Shown here: in pieces, positions 29,851-39,597 of the stretch
Numbering within the stretch: position 1 is the stretch's first letter
How the letters are laid out: each line of letters starts with the position of its first letter
Assembly (NCBI GenBank): GCA_000999095.1
Contig: LCFP01000003.1
Location: 26,839-90,838, forward strand
From: Candidatus Gottesmanbacteria bacterium GW2011_GWA2_43_14
GTDB lineage: Bacteria; Patescibacteriota; Microgenomatia; 2-02-FULL-39-11
Direction of reading: 5' to 3'
DNA length: 64,000 nucleotides
Translations under genes and position numbers: made by a program
The notes under the pieces: generated by a model
Told to the model about the DNA's origin: nothing
The model's database searches: none
What the model saw: the letters and a program-made list of their open reading frames with translations, nothing else

Positions 29851-30909
29851 ATGAAGAAAATACTTATAGCGGTCATACTTATAGTTACAGCAGGACTTTT
29901 GCAGGCTAAAATAACCACAAAATCCCAAATCCTGTCTCCGGCGACTGACATGCCGCAAATACAGCTCGATGATCAAAGCCCTCTCGAAGAGGCTCATGTA
30001 CTTTCAATTGCCTCACTCAGGCAGCAGTCATTCCCCGGAAGCGAGATTACGATTGAGGAAACTTTACCGCCCGGCAGCAATTACAAGCGCTATTTAACCT
30101 CATACCTATCTGAAGGGTTGAAAATCTTTGCCTTGTTGACCATTCCCAATGCCGAACCTCCGGCTGCAGGATTCCCGGCCATTATCTTCAATCACGGCTA
30201 TATCCCGCCGGCCCAATACAGGACCACCGAAAGATATGTCGCTTACACAGATGCTTTCTCCCGGAACGGATACATTGTTTTTAAACCCGATTACCGGGGA
30301 CATGGATCTTCCGAGGGTAACCCAGCCGGAGCCTACGGTTCCAACGCTTATACAATTGACGTTCTGAACGCCGCCTCATCAATTCAAAAACATCCTCAAG
30401 TTGACGCCGGTAAAATCGGTATGTGGGGACATTCCATGGGCGGACACATAACTCTGCGATCCATGGTGGTGTCCAAGGACATCAAAGCCGGAGTTATCTG
30501 GGCGGGAGTGGTTGCTTCTTATCCCGATTTAGTAAATAATTGGCGCAGAAGAAATCCGTCCGCAACTGCTGTTGTTTCCGGAGCCCCGGTACCGGCAGGC
30601 GGCAGACGCTGGCGCGACCAGTTGGCAGCCCGGTACGGGGCTCCCGAACAAAATCCTGATTTCTGGAATTCCATCTCAGCCAATCATTATTTGAGTGATA
30701 TTTCCGGTCCTATTCAGCTTCACCACGGGACAGCGGACGCATCCGTTCCCGTCAGGTTCAGTCTTACTCTTAATAAACAGATGGAGAATGCAGGACGAAC
30801 TGTTGAACTGTTTACCTATCCCGGAGACGACCATAACATTGCGGCTAATTTATCCACCGCCTTAAACAGGTCGGTTGCTTTTTTCGATAAATATCTCAAA
30901 GCAATTTAA
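29851..30909 (+). CDS. secreted alpha/beta hydrolase (S9 prolyl-oligopeptidase/dienelactone-hydrolase-like)
   Basis: Signal peptide; nucleophile elbow GMWGHSMGG; catalytic D/H downstream. Confidence 0.7.
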   Translation: MKKILIAVILIVTAGLLQAKITTKSQILSPATDMPQIQLDDQSPLEEAHVLSIASLRQQSFPGSEITIEETLPPGSNYKRYLTSYLSEGLKIFALLTIPNAEPPAAGFPAIIFNHGYIPPAQYRTTERYVAYTDAFSRNGYIVFKPDYRGHGSSEGNPAGAYGSNAYTIDVLNAASSIQKHPQVDAGKIGMWGHSMGGHITLRSMVVSKDIKAGVIWAGVVASYPDLVNNWRRRNPSATAVVSGAPVPAGGRRWRDQLAARYGAPEQNPDFWNSISANHYLSDISGPIQLHHGTADASVPVRFSLTLNKQMENAGRTVELFTYPGDDHNIAANLSTALNRSVAFFDKYLKAI

Positions 30910-31983
30910 TTGAGTTTAATGCTTAAGAAGAAAAACATAATTCTCCTGACATCTTTTTTTCTGCTTACCGGCGTTTTAATCCGGTTGTATTTTGTTTTAC
31001 AAAGTGAGACTCCGATTAAGACTGTTTTAAACAGCCGGCAGATATTCAACCGGTCCAACCCCGGTCTTTCTCCGACACCGATGCCATTCAGTGAATTGAC
31101 AATAGATTATTTACGGACCAGAGAGTATGTCAGCAGTTTGGGTTCATTAAATCAACTGAATGATTTTGCCGACTACACCTCTTATTTAACGAGTTTTGAT
31201 TCAGAAGGATTTAAAGTTAATGCTCTCATGACCCGGCCAAAAGGGCTAATGCCTGCCGGCGGCTGGCCGGCGGTAATCTTTATCCACGGTTATATCCAGC
31301 CGCGGCAATATTCTACCTCCCAAAATTATTATGACTATGTGGACTATCTGGCCCGAAACGCCCTGGCTGTTTTTAAGATAGATCTGCGCGGGCACGGTAC
31401 ATCGGAAGGCGAACCGGGCGGAGCTTATTACAATTCGGATTACATCATCGACGTCCTGAACGCTTACAGCGCTTTGGGAAAAGCGGACTTTATAAACGGA
31501 AATAAAATCGGGCTTTGGGGGCACAGCATGGCCGGCAATGTGGTTATGAGGAGTTTGGCTGCCAAGCCGTCAATTCCGGCGGCGGTCATCTGGGCAGGAG
31601 CCGTCTATACGTATACCGATTTGGCCGAATACGGCATTGATGACAACAGTTACCGGCCGCCTGAGAATGATTCCGAAAGGCAAAGGCGGCGGCGGGAATT
31701 ATTTGCAAACTACGGGCAACCGGCAGAAGGGCATGCCTTCTGGAAACTTGTAGCTCCGACAAACTACTTATCGGATCTGAAAGGAGCTGTTGAGATCCAC
31801 CATGCCGTAAACGATAACGTGGTTGATATCGGATACAGCCGGAATCTGAGCAATTTGTTGAAAGAAGCCGGCATTCCGGCTGAACTGCATGAATACAATT
31901 CGGGAGGCCATAACCTGACCGGTCCGGTTTTCGGAAAGGCAATGCAGAGAACTGTCAATTTTTTCCTTGAATATTTAAAATAG
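30910..31983 (+). CDS. alpha/beta hydrolase, tandem paralogue of upstream gene
   Basis: GLWGHSMAG elbow; co-linear similarity to 29851..30909; abuts upstream stop. Confidence 0.7.
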   Translation: MSLMLKKKNIILLTSFFLLTGVLIRLYFVLQSETPIKTVLNSRQIFNRSNPGLSPTPMPFSELTIDYLRTREYVSSLGSLNQLNDFADYTSYLTSFDSEGFKVNALMTRPKGLMPAGGWPAVIFIHGYIQPRQYSTSQNYYDYVDYLARNALAVFKIDLRGHGTSEGEPGGAYYNSDYIIDVLNAYSALGKADFINGNKIGLWGHSMAGNVVMRSLAAKPSIPAAVIWAGAVYTYTDLAEYGIDDNSYRPPENDSERQRRRRELFANYGQPAEGHAFWKLVAPTNYLSDLKGAVEIHHAVNDNVVDIGYSRNLSNLLKEAGIPAELHEYNSGGHNLTGPVFGKAMQRTVNFFLEYLK

Positions 31984-33046
31984 CTTCCCTGGTGGGAGTA
32001 AAATTCACGTTATAGTAAACCGCTTTTTCAAATTCTTCCCCGGCCGCCTCCAAATTCTGCTGTTTCCGATAGATTTGTCCACGCAGGTAGTAAAGCTCGG
32101 AAAAAGCCCGGTTGTAGTTATTGAGCACTTTATCGGTCAGTGAAAAAACTTTGGAGTAATCGTTGAGTTGAAAGTAAGCTTCGATAGGCTCAATCTGGTA
32201 CCAGAGCATCCGCCAGGGAAGCATATTTTCAACCTGTTCAAAATAGTTAACCGATTCCTTAAAACGCCCGAGATGATAATTGGCCACGCTTAAATTGAAA
32301 AGGCGGTAAATATCAGATGTTTCCCTATTTACCTCAAGCTGCTGTCTGGCATTATCCCAGGCAGTGGTTTCGTCCAGATTTTCACCTAAAATTGCTTCGG
32401 CAATTTCCACTTTTGACCCTGGGAGCAAAACCAAAAATTCATAATTAAACGGTTCCCATATTTTCACAAGATCGGTAAAGCTGAAGCTCAAATTTTTATT
32501 TTGGAGGGAATCATCCTGGATAAAAACACGGGTGGATAAATCATAACCTCTGATTAAACGGTAATGTCCGATATCTTCACCTTCTTTAAGCCAGGTTCTG
32601 ATGACTACCGGGATGCCTTCCGCTATAAACTGCTGCAGGATTTGCGGGTTGCCGTTGGGCCGGTGATATGCCGTTAAGCCGTAATTTTCCGCTTCTTTGG
32701 CCAGCTCAGCCAAAGTCACTGATTTGTCGTCATTGTTGCCCTGCGGATGCTGAAAAGGCCTGAGTTTCCGGCCCAGCTCTTCCTGTGAAACAGTTATTTC
32801 AAAATAAGACAGCAGCATTGACAGGCTGGCCGGACCGCAATTATTGAATGTCTGGAAGACGTGATTTTTTATGGGAATTATTTTCCGCGGCGGGACGGTG
32901 GGAGTCGGCCGGGGGGAGGCTGTAGGTGAGGCAATTAAAGGCAGATTGTCAGCAATAATTGTAACCGGGGGAGACTTTTCAAAATAGCCTGTCAAGAGAA
33001 ACAGTAAAATTATGAAACTTGCTATCAGGGTAAAAATCCGTATCAT
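31955..33046 (-). CDS. secreted C39-like cysteine peptidase domain protein with C-terminal TPR repeats
   Basis: TM/signal; NCGPASLSML motif of peptidase_C39-like domains; TPR-like YYLRGQIYRKQQNLEAAGEEFEKAV. Confidence 0.55.
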   Translation of the reverse strand: MIRIFTLIASFIILLFLLTGYFEKSPPVTIIADNLPLIASPTASPRPTPTVPPRKIIPIKNHVFQTFNNCGPASLSMLLSYFEITVSQEELGRKLRPFQHPQGNNDDKSVTLAELAKEAENYGLTAYHRPNGNPQILQQFIAEGIPVVIRTWLKEGEDIGHYRLIRGYDLSTRVFIQDDSLQNKNLSFSFTDLVKIWEPFNYEFLVLLPGSKVEIAEAILGENLDETTAWDNARQQLEVNRETSDIYRLFNLSVANYHLGRFKESVNYFEQVENMLPWRMLWYQIEPIEAYFQLNDYSKVFSLTDKVLNNYNRAFSELYYLRGQIYRKQQNLEAAGEEFEKAVYYNVNFTPTREAILNIQGKN

Positions 33047-33064
33047 AAGAATGAATATTGTACC

Positions 33065-33658
33065 ATGAGAAAAACACTGATTTTAGTCTGGTTTATGCTT
33101 TTTTTGTCGCTGGCTGCAGTCACGGCTACGCTCTTTTTTTACCGGCAACTGGAAAATAAAAATAAAAAAGAGAGGATAAACAAGGAGAACTTTTGGTTTC
33201 TTTTGGAAAGGCAATCCAACCTTGAAACACTTTATTACGGACAGCCGGGGAGAGTCACCGACAGTAAAATTGTCAGGCAGTTTAAAGTCAAAACAGGCAG
33301 GCCAAATGAGCGACCGACGCCCCTGCCTCAACTTTTGGGTAGGGAATACTGGCTGATCAGCGGTAAAACCGAGACAAAAGATAATCCGGAGACCGGACCA
33401 TATTTCATTTCCCTGGACATCCCCGTAACTGACGATGAACCGTACGGTCCGGAAAAATATCCGGAATGCGAAGGCCGATGCAACTGGGTTCTGCCGGGGG
33501 CATTCGGTTTGCACGGAATAGGCGGAGATGACAGTAAATTAACGGAGAGCGATCCGGGATCTTCAGGCTGCATCAGACACACGGACGAAGATATAACTCA
33601 TCTATACAATTTGATTGATCCCACAAAGTCAATCCGCTATTACATAGAAAACAGCTGA
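33065..33658 (+). CDS. L,D-transpeptidase (YkuD-family)
   Basis: Catalytic motif HGIGGDD…SSGCIRH (H…SxGC). Confidence 0.75.
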   Translation: MRKTLILVWFMLFLSLAAVTATLFFYRQLENKNKKERINKENFWFLLERQSNLETLYYGQPGRVTDSKIVRQFKVKTGRPNERPTPLPQLLGREYWLISGKTETKDNPETGPYFISLDIPVTDDEPYGPEKYPECEGRCNWVLPGAFGLHGIGGDDSKLTESDPGSSGCIRHTDEDITHLYNLIDPTKSIRYYIENS

Positions 33659-33727
33659 ATATTTTCTTACTTTTTGCGCCAAACCTGATTATTGCCGGGC
33701 TTATCGGCCTGGGGTTTCTGGGTTAAG

Positions 33728-34249
33728 TCATTTGGAACAGTTGGGCCAGGCGACCCGGCCGTTTATTGCCAGTTTGTATGCTGCAGTTTTGATGGCTTCC
33801 TCCGCATTAAAGCGCAATTCCGGATCTGTATTGAGATTCATCAGGAGCCTTAAATTTTTCCACGAATTTTCAGAGAATTGGAACATGCCTCCGTAAATGC
33901 CGTTTCGAGCCTGCGGGTTAAAAGAGGATTCACAGGCGGCGATCTTTTTCAAAAGCTCCCGGTTCACGCTTTCTTTATCAGCGTATCTGGTAAAGTAATT
34001 TTCCAGGTCGCCTGAGGTTATTTTTGGCAGCGGAGTCGGAGTCGGGGTAGCGGTCGGGCGGGGAGTGTTGGTGGGAACCGGCGTTTCAGTTATGACGGAA
34101 TATTCCACAGGTAATATTGGAGCTGTCAAAGGCGAGGGAGTCGGGGAAATTATCCGGATATTTTTTTGGCCGGAATTTTGAATTTTAAAAGTTATGGCCG
34201 GGATAACCGACAACAGAACAAGAGTAATGCCGAGAATGGAGATTTTCAT
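33728..34249 (-). CDS. secreted transglycosylase-like domain protein (Rpf/SLT-like) with Pro/Thr-rich linker
   Basis: …IAACESSFNPQARNGIYGGMFQFSENSW… transglycosylase-like motif; signal peptide. Confidence 0.6.
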   Translation of the reverse strand: MKISILGITLVLLSVIPAITFKIQNSGQKNIRIISPTPSPLTAPILPVEYSVITETPVPTNTPRPTATPTPTPLPKITSGDLENYFTRYADKESVNRELLKKIAACESSFNPQARNGIYGGMFQFSENSWKNLRLLMNLNTDPELRFNAEEAIKTAAYKLAINGRVAWPNCSK

Positions 34250-34274
34250 TTGATTCTTTCGTTCATATACGGAA

Positions 34275-34799
34275 TTATTTTACTATTTCTTCGGGGAAAC
34301 TTCTCTCGAGTTTAATAATTTTCGGGTCAATTACCAGACGGCAGTATGGAGCTTGACGGTTCCTGCCGTAAAAATCCTGGTGATAGCTTTCCGCGGGGAA
34401 AAACTTGCCAAAGGGGACGATTTCCGTTACTACCGGACCGGTCAGATCTGCAGTAATTTTTTCTTTAATTTCCTTTGCCGTTTTTTCCTGAATCGCGTCA
34501 TGATAAAAAACAGCACTCCGGTACTGGCTGCCGACATCAGCTCCCTGACGGTTCAGAGAAGTCGGATCATGAGTTTTGAAAAAAACTTCCAGAATTTTTC
34601 CGTAACTGATAATTTGCGGGTTGAAGGTAACTTGAATTGCTTCAGCATGTCCTGTCCGGCCCGAATAGACTTCATCGGATGAAGGATTGTCGATTGTCCC
34701 GCCGGTAAAACCGGAGATGACGGAATCAACGCCCTTCAGTCTATTGAAGACGGCTTCAGTACACCAGAAACATCCGCCGGCTAATGTGGCTGTTTCCAT
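34275..34799 (-). CDS. msrA: peptide methionine-S-sulfoxide reductase MsrA
   Basis: Canonical GGCFWCTEAVF active-site motif at N-terminus. Confidence 0.9.
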   Translation of the reverse strand: METATLAGGCFWCTEAVFNRLKGVDSVISGFTGGTIDNPSSDEVYSGRTGHAEAIQVTFNPQIISYGKILEVFFKTHDPTSLNRQGADVGSQYRSAVFYHDAIQEKTAKEIKEKITADLTGPVVTEIVPFGKFFPAESYHQDFYGRNRQAPYCRLVIDPKIIKLERSFPEEIVK

Positions 34800-35110
34800 T
34801 ATTCCTCGTCTCTTTTGATGAAGCGGTAGGAATTGATTGGGATTTCCGCCTGGGGATTTTCCTCATACAGAAATGCCAATTGTTGATCTTCAAATATTCT
34901 GAAAAATTCATTCCAATCGATATTCTGGCCTTTTTTTGCATCGCTGAGATAAATCTCATCATCTTTGCCCGGAAAATCAATTCTCAGGCCGGTTTTATCC
35001 GAAGCATAAGGATCCTCGATTTTTTGCGGACGTCCCCTTACTTTTTCTACCCAGGTAATTATAAATTGATGGTCTGTCGTTTTTTTCAATGCATTTAACA
35101 TAGAAGACAA
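34799..35110 (-). CDS. hypothetical cytoplasmic protein, translationally coupled to msrA
   Basis: 103-aa ORF; stop overlaps msrA start by 1 nt. Confidence 0.5.
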   Translation of the reverse strand: MSSMLNALKKTTDHQFIITWVEKVRGRPQKIEDPYASDKTGLRIDFPGKDDEIYLSDAKKGQNIDWNEFFRIFEDQQLAFLYEENPQAEIPINSYRFIKRDEE

Positions 35111-35262
35111 AAATAAGAATAATACGGGAAAAAGATGAAAATAACTTAAAAAGATTCTTACATTTCTATTGGCCCTTTTTTACTCCATGCTCATCAAAAC
35201 GGATTACCATGACAATTCAATTAGAAATCTTAAGCAGAATAAAGGAGGTGAGAAAAGGCAAG

Positions 35263-35493
35263 ATGCGAAATTTATTTGCAGTTTTATTAATGGCAGTTAT
35301 GGTTGGTTTTGCGGGCAGTTCAGTTCTGGCGCAAACACCTACCGACACGACTAACAATACCACCAATAACACAACCGGAAACCTTACGGATAATGTGACA
35401 GAAAATACAACCGGAGAAGCCGGAGTGGGCGCAGCGCCTGAAGATGAACCTGACGGAGCTCCCAGCACAGGATTGGGTGGTATGCCCCATTAA
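35263..35493 (+). CDS. small secreted Asn/Thr-rich low-complexity protein (start at internal Met after SD)
   Basis: SD AAGGAGGTGAG upstream of MRNLFAVLLMAVMVGFAGSSVLA signal peptide; TNNTTNNTTGN low-complexity. Confidence 0.55.
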   Translation: MRNLFAVLLMAVMVGFAGSSVLAQTPTDTTNNTTNNTTGNLTDNVTENTTGEAGVGAAPEDEPDGAPSTGLGGMPH

Positions 35494-35572
35494 CCGTAAA
35501 TAAAACTAACAGAGATAAAGTATACATGAGGGTGGGAGATCCGCCCTCATGTACAAAGAATAGGATAACAAT

Positions 35573-36142
35573 ATGAAAAAACTGCTTTTAACCCCTTTTT
35601 TAATTTCCGGTCTTTTTATCGGATTAAATTTAACCTCAGCAGCCGAAAGGCCTCTTATTAAAAATACAGCAGGTTACGTATTGCGTCCTCAGGAAATCGA
35701 AATACCTGACCTTAAGATTAAAACAGAAATTGAATGGGTTGCCGAAGATACTGACGGAAATATGGCAAGTCCCGAGGATACAAACAGGGTTGCCTGGTAT
35801 ATGGACGGTTTTTTACCCGGAGAAAAAGGCAATATGGTTATTGCCGGCCATCGCGACTCCAAAAGCGGACCGGCCGTGTTTTATGAGCTGGAAAAACTGG
35901 ATACAGGGGACACCGTCAAGCTGAAAGACATAAAGGGAACGGTATATGTTTACCGGGTAACGGATGAAAAAGTATATTCAGATGAAAATTTTCCCGTTAA
36001 AGAAATTTTCGGCCGCTCCGACAGGAAAAAACTGAATTTAATCACCTGCAAAGGCTCTTTCGACAAATCACTTCAGCAATACTCCCACCGTGTCGTTGTG
36101 GAAGCAGAACTGTCCTACAGCTATTGGTCTGGATTTTTATAA
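35573..36142 (+). CDS. sortase-family transpeptidase
   Basis: N-terminal TM, catalytic His (VIAGHRDSK), TLxTC-type motif NLITCKG, conserved Arg (HRVVV). Confidence 0.75.
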   Translation: MKKLLLTPFLISGLFIGLNLTSAAERPLIKNTAGYVLRPQEIEIPDLKIKTEIEWVAEDTDGNMASPEDTNRVAWYMDGFLPGEKGNMVIAGHRDSKSGPAVFYELEKLDTGDTVKLKDIKGTVYVYRVTDEKVYSDENFPVKEIFGRSDRKKLNLITCKGSFDKSLQQYSHRVVVEAELSYSYWSGFL

Positions 36143-36167
36143 CTGCACCTTCTAAGATAGAAGGAAA

Positions 36168-36827
36168 ATGGCCGTTAAAATCAACCGAGTAGTGATTTTT
36201 GCCAACGGTTTCCTTTATCCAGAATATCTGGAAAACATCAGCAAAAAAGATACCGTAATCTGTGTTGACGCTGCCTGCATCTGGCTTCTCAGGCAGGGGA
36301 TCAAAGCAGATTACGCGATCGGGGATTTCGACTCGGTAACTAAGGAAGAATTAGCAGAGATAAAAGCTGCATTAAAAAAGATCCAAATTTACCCGCAAGA
36401 CAAGAATGCCACCGATTTTGAGTTGGCAGTCGAACTGGCCATCCATATTAAACCTTCCGATGTTTTAATTTTCGGCGCACTCGGCAGCCGGCTGGACCAC
36501 AGCCTCTCAGCTATTTTTCTTTTGGAGCGTTTTTTAAATAAAAATATTCAGGCTGAAATCAGGGATTTGAACAACCTTTTAACGTTAATTGCAGGCAGCT
36601 ATGAAATAAGGAACTTACGGCAGTATAATTATTTTTCCCTGCAACCTCTGACTGATACGGCCGTAGTAACTGTGACAGGCTGCCGATATCCCCTTTCACT
36701 TAAAAAAATCCACAGATCCAGTTCATTGACCATCAGTAACCGCAAAAAGAAAAAGAACTGTCTGATAAAGGTGCACCGCGGACTAGTCAGTCTGATCCTG
36801 AGCCGGGACACTGTTAACCGGCAATAA
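36168..36827 (+). CDS. thiamine pyrophosphokinase
   Basis: VVIFANG… and GDFDS motif characteristic of TPK catalytic domain. Confidence 0.6.
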   Translation: MAVKINRVVIFANGFLYPEYLENISKKDTVICVDAACIWLLRQGIKADYAIGDFDSVTKEELAEIKAALKKIQIYPQDKNATDFELAVELAIHIKPSDVLIFGALGSRLDHSLSAIFLLERFLNKNIQAEIRDLNNLLTLIAGSYEIRNLRQYNYFSLQPLTDTAVVTVTGCRYPLSLKKIHRSSSLTISNRKKKKNCLIKVHRGLVSLILSRDTVNRQ

Positions 36828-37590
36828 TCAGAAAAAAAATAACAGCCAGAATAATCCGGTAAACACCGAAGGCCAGGAAAGTATGCCTTTTCAGGTAGGC
36901 CAAAAGAATTCGGATGCTGAGTAAAGCTGTCAGGTAAGCTCCTGCAAAACCTGCCGTCAAAAGAATAATCTCCTGTTTTTGGGCCACCCAGTTACTTTTA
37001 AAAATGTCGAGAAGGGAGGCTGCCAAAATGGTCGGTACGGCCAGAATAAAGGAATATTCAGTGGCTGTTTTCCTGTTTAATCCGAGAAAAAGTCCGCCAA
37101 TAATGGTAGCGGCTGCCCGGGAAACTCCGGGAACCATGGAAACGGTCTGGATTGTGCCTATCAGCAAAGCTTTTTTTATGCCAATGTGCTGAAGCTGCAT
37201 AACTGATTTACCTTTTCGAGGTATCTGCCAAAGTTCCAATAAAATCATGATAATACCCCCAAGAAAGAGCATTATTACCGTAAGCAGGGTATTTTCAAAA
37301 AGATGTTTGACGTAGGGGTAAAAAAATAAGCCGGCGGCCCCTGTAGGGATAAATCCGGCCATGGCAAGCATAAATATTTTCCTATCGGATATTTTTTTCA
37401 TGTAAAGTGTAGCAACTGCCAAAATAGCTCCCAATTGGATAATAATTTCGAAACTTTTCACAAAAGCTGACTGGCTTATTTTTAATAAATAGGAAGTTAA
37501 AATAAGGTGACCGGTCGAGGAAACCGGTAAAAACTCCGTCAGACCTTCGACCGCGGACAGGATTAGTGCATCAAGAATGGTCATAAACAA
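36814..37590 (-). CDS. uppP: undecaprenyl-diphosphate phosphatase UppP/BacA
   Basis: N-terminal …VEGLTEFLPVSSTGHLIL… signature, 8 TM. Confidence 0.9.
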   Translation of the reverse strand: MFMTILDALILSAVEGLTEFLPVSSTGHLILTSYLLKISQSAFVKSFEIIIQLGAILAVATLYMKKISDRKIFMLAMAGFIPTGAAGLFFYPYVKHLFENTLLTVIMLFLGGIIMILLELWQIPRKGKSVMQLQHIGIKKALLIGTIQTVSMVPGVSRAAATIIGGLFLGLNRKTATEYSFILAVPTILAASLLDIFKSNWVAQKQEIILLTAGFAGAYLTALLSIRILLAYLKRHTFLAFGVYRIILAVIFFLIIAG

Positions 37591-37649
37591 GATGATAACA
37601 TCCGGAAACAGTTGAAACCAGGAATCAGACGGAGCTAAAATAGGTTAGG

Positions 37650-37964
37650 ATGCTATTGCTGCTTATTACGTTGATTATTTTATTGTGGCTGGTGGGCTTT
37701 ATTTCCGTACCCTCGACCTCTTTTTTTACCCTGCCTGTCATGTTCCTTAACGGCCGGGCTATCGGACTTTGGGATATCATAATTTTTTTAGTGTTGATTT
37801 GGGTGGTAGGTATCCTTCCCCAGCCGCTTAAAGGCGCCGTTTTAATTCTTCTCCTGTTGTGGATTCTTTCACTTATGGGGATAGTAGTAATTTCGGGAAT
37901 GGGCAACGTACTGCTCTTGTTGCTTTTGGCAGCACTAATCCTGCATATAATGGGGTTTGTCTGA
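37650..37964 (+). CDS. small hydrophobic membrane protein (hypothetical)
   Basis: 104 aa almost entirely TM; the overlapping minus-strand ORF 37625..37906 is an alternative. Confidence 0.4.
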   Translation: MLLLLITLIILLWLVGFISVPSTSFFTLPVMFLNGRAIGLWDIIIFLVLIWVVGILPQPLKGAVLILLLLWILSLMGIVVISGMGNVLLLLLLAALILHIMGFV

Positions 37965-37970
37965 TTTTAT

Positions 37971-38360
37971 TTATTTCTTTTTCACCAGGTAAACCGCAAG
38001 GGTAAGGATAATTCCCAGTATCACGGCTATCCAGAATGAAGAAATACCGAATCCGCTGAATCTGGCAAATCTGCCGACCAACCAAACACCCGCAATATTC
38101 ATTACCGCCATTCCGGTCAATTTAACTGTTTCTGATTTGTATTTCCTTATATATGAGGTTGTGACCAAAGAGATTGACAGATATTGGAATAAAAAGACAA
38201 CACATAAGGCAATCAGAAATCCAATAAAAGGACTTACAAGGTCATTGCCAAATACCATATTTTCCGGATAAAGCATCAGGCCGAGAAAGATTATTAGTAT
38301 GTCCAGACCGGCTATCATCAGATAGCGGCTTGAGGTTTTATTTAATTTAATATAAATCAC
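37971..38360 (-). CDS. hypothetical membrane protein (4 TM)
   Basis: 129-aa hydrophobic ORF. Confidence 0.5.
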   Translation of the reverse strand: MIYIKLNKTSSRYLMIAGLDILIIFLGLMLYPENMVFGNDLVSPFIGFLIALCVVFLFQYLSISLVTTSYIRKYKSETVKLTGMAVMNIAGVWLVGRFARFSGFGISSFWIAVILGIILTLAVYLVKKK

Positions 38361-38506
38361 CCCCCCTCGGTAGTCCGTTCAACTTAAGTTTATTAATTTA
38401 AAGCAGTTTCCGCAACCCTTTTCTTACCCAGGTCTTACCGACCGAAGAACCTCTGTTTACAGGTGACGGATATATTGTTTCCAGATTAAGAGGAGGTGAG
38501 TTTTTT

Positions 38507-38716
38507 ATGGCAACGGTAATTAACAATCCTGGTGAAAACAACAATTCATGGGGATATTCGGTCGGCGTGGTTCTATTGTTAGCCGTTGTTTTAATTTTTG
38601 TCATTTACGGCCTGCCTATCCTTAGACAATCTCAAATCGAACAGGCACCGCAAATCAATGTACCGGGTGAAATAGATGTCAATATCAATGAAGGACAGGG
38701 TGGCGGAGGTAATTAA
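38507..38716 (+). CDS. small single-TM protein, paralogue of 40921..41142
   Basis: Strong SD AAGAGGAGGTGAG; TM then Q-rich tail ending GQGGGGN; similar to the other copy (…GLPILRQSQIEQ… vs …GLPLIEQTGQLN…). Confidence 0.6.
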   Translation: MATVINNPGENNNSWGYSVGVVLLLAVVLIFVIYGLPILRQSQIEQAPQINVPGEIDVNINEGQGGGGN

Positions 38717-38751
38717 CATCTGACATATCGAAAGGGGGTGATGACCCAATC

Positions 38752-39006
38752 ATGAATATTTTATTATGGATTCTGTTCGGAGCATTAGCCGGCTGGATAG
38801 CTTCTCTGGTTATGAAGAATGATGCCAGTCAGGACATCCTTATGGATATCGTCATGGGTATTGCCGGTGCCTTGGTCGGCGGTTTCCTGATGCAATTGTT
38901 CGGCGTCCCCGGAGTCACCGGATTTAACCTGTACAGTTTATTGGTTGCCGTTGTCGGAGCCAGTATCCTGATTTATTTGGGAAGATTGTTGAGAAGAAGT
39001 GCATAA
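38752..39006 (+). CDS. GlsB/YeaQ/YmgE-family stress-response membrane protein (transglycosylase-associated protein)
   Basis: 84 aa; WILFGALAGWIAS…GIAGALVGG signature. Confidence 0.8.
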   Translation: MNILLWILFGALAGWIASLVMKNDASQDILMDIVMGIAGALVGGFLMQLFGVPGVTGFNLYSLLVAVVGASILIYLGRLLRRSA

Positions 39007-39078
39007 GTTATTAATTTTTTTACATACTCTGGGAGCCCCCAAAATATATAAGAGGCGGGCTCCCGGAAAACTGCTCTT

Positions 39079-39582
39079 ATGAATTTTAGATATATAACTT
39101 TATTTATTTTTATTGCCATGGTCGCCCTGTTATTTATGCCTGCCGAAAGTCTGGCCAATGAATGCGGTTTAATGAGCGAGTCCAGCTGTCTTATCAGAGA
39201 TAATACCCTCCACCGTTTTTCCCCGGAGGGTGTTATTGCCGATGATATGCAATTTAATTCCGGGGATGAAAAGATAAATTCCGAAAGTTCCGGCTTTGCG
39301 GAGCTGACCACTTTAAAGCCTGATTTTTCCGTTAAACAAATCTTTTCACCAGATGGCCAAATAATACAAACAACCAGCGTCGGACCTGCAGAGGATACGG
39401 AGCGGGCAAGTTATAGCGGTAAATCGCTCACCGTCACCGTCATTTCCGGCGGCAAGAAAAAAACTATACATGCTTATATGGCGGGAGGAATAATTAAAAC
39501 TTCATCTGATGCGGATGAATTTGAAGAATTGGATATATCATTTACAACGTCCACCAATGTCATCAATATCATCGGTCATTGA
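39079..39582 (+). CDS. secreted hypothetical protein
   Basis: Signal peptide …MVALLFMPAESLA; no motif. Confidence 0.5.
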   Translation: MNFRYITLFIFIAMVALLFMPAESLANECGLMSESSCLIRDNTLHRFSPEGVIADDMQFNSGDEKINSESSGFAELTTLKPDFSVKQIFSPDGQIIQTTSVGPAEDTERASYSGKSLTVTVISGGKKKTIHAYMAGGIIKTSSDADEFEELDISFTTSTNVINIIGH

Positions 39583-39597
39583 GAAGGGAAAATACAG

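Noticed and set aside
37625-37906. Minus-strand 93-aa ORF overlapping 37650..37964
   Set aside because: The plus-strand product is a coherent TM protein. The minus-strand product has no features. Only one is listed.
39031-39064. GGGAGCCC-N20-GGGCTCCC inverted repeat after the GlsB-like gene as a terminator
   Set aside because: 20-nt loop and no downstream T-tract. Recorded only as a possible hairpin.
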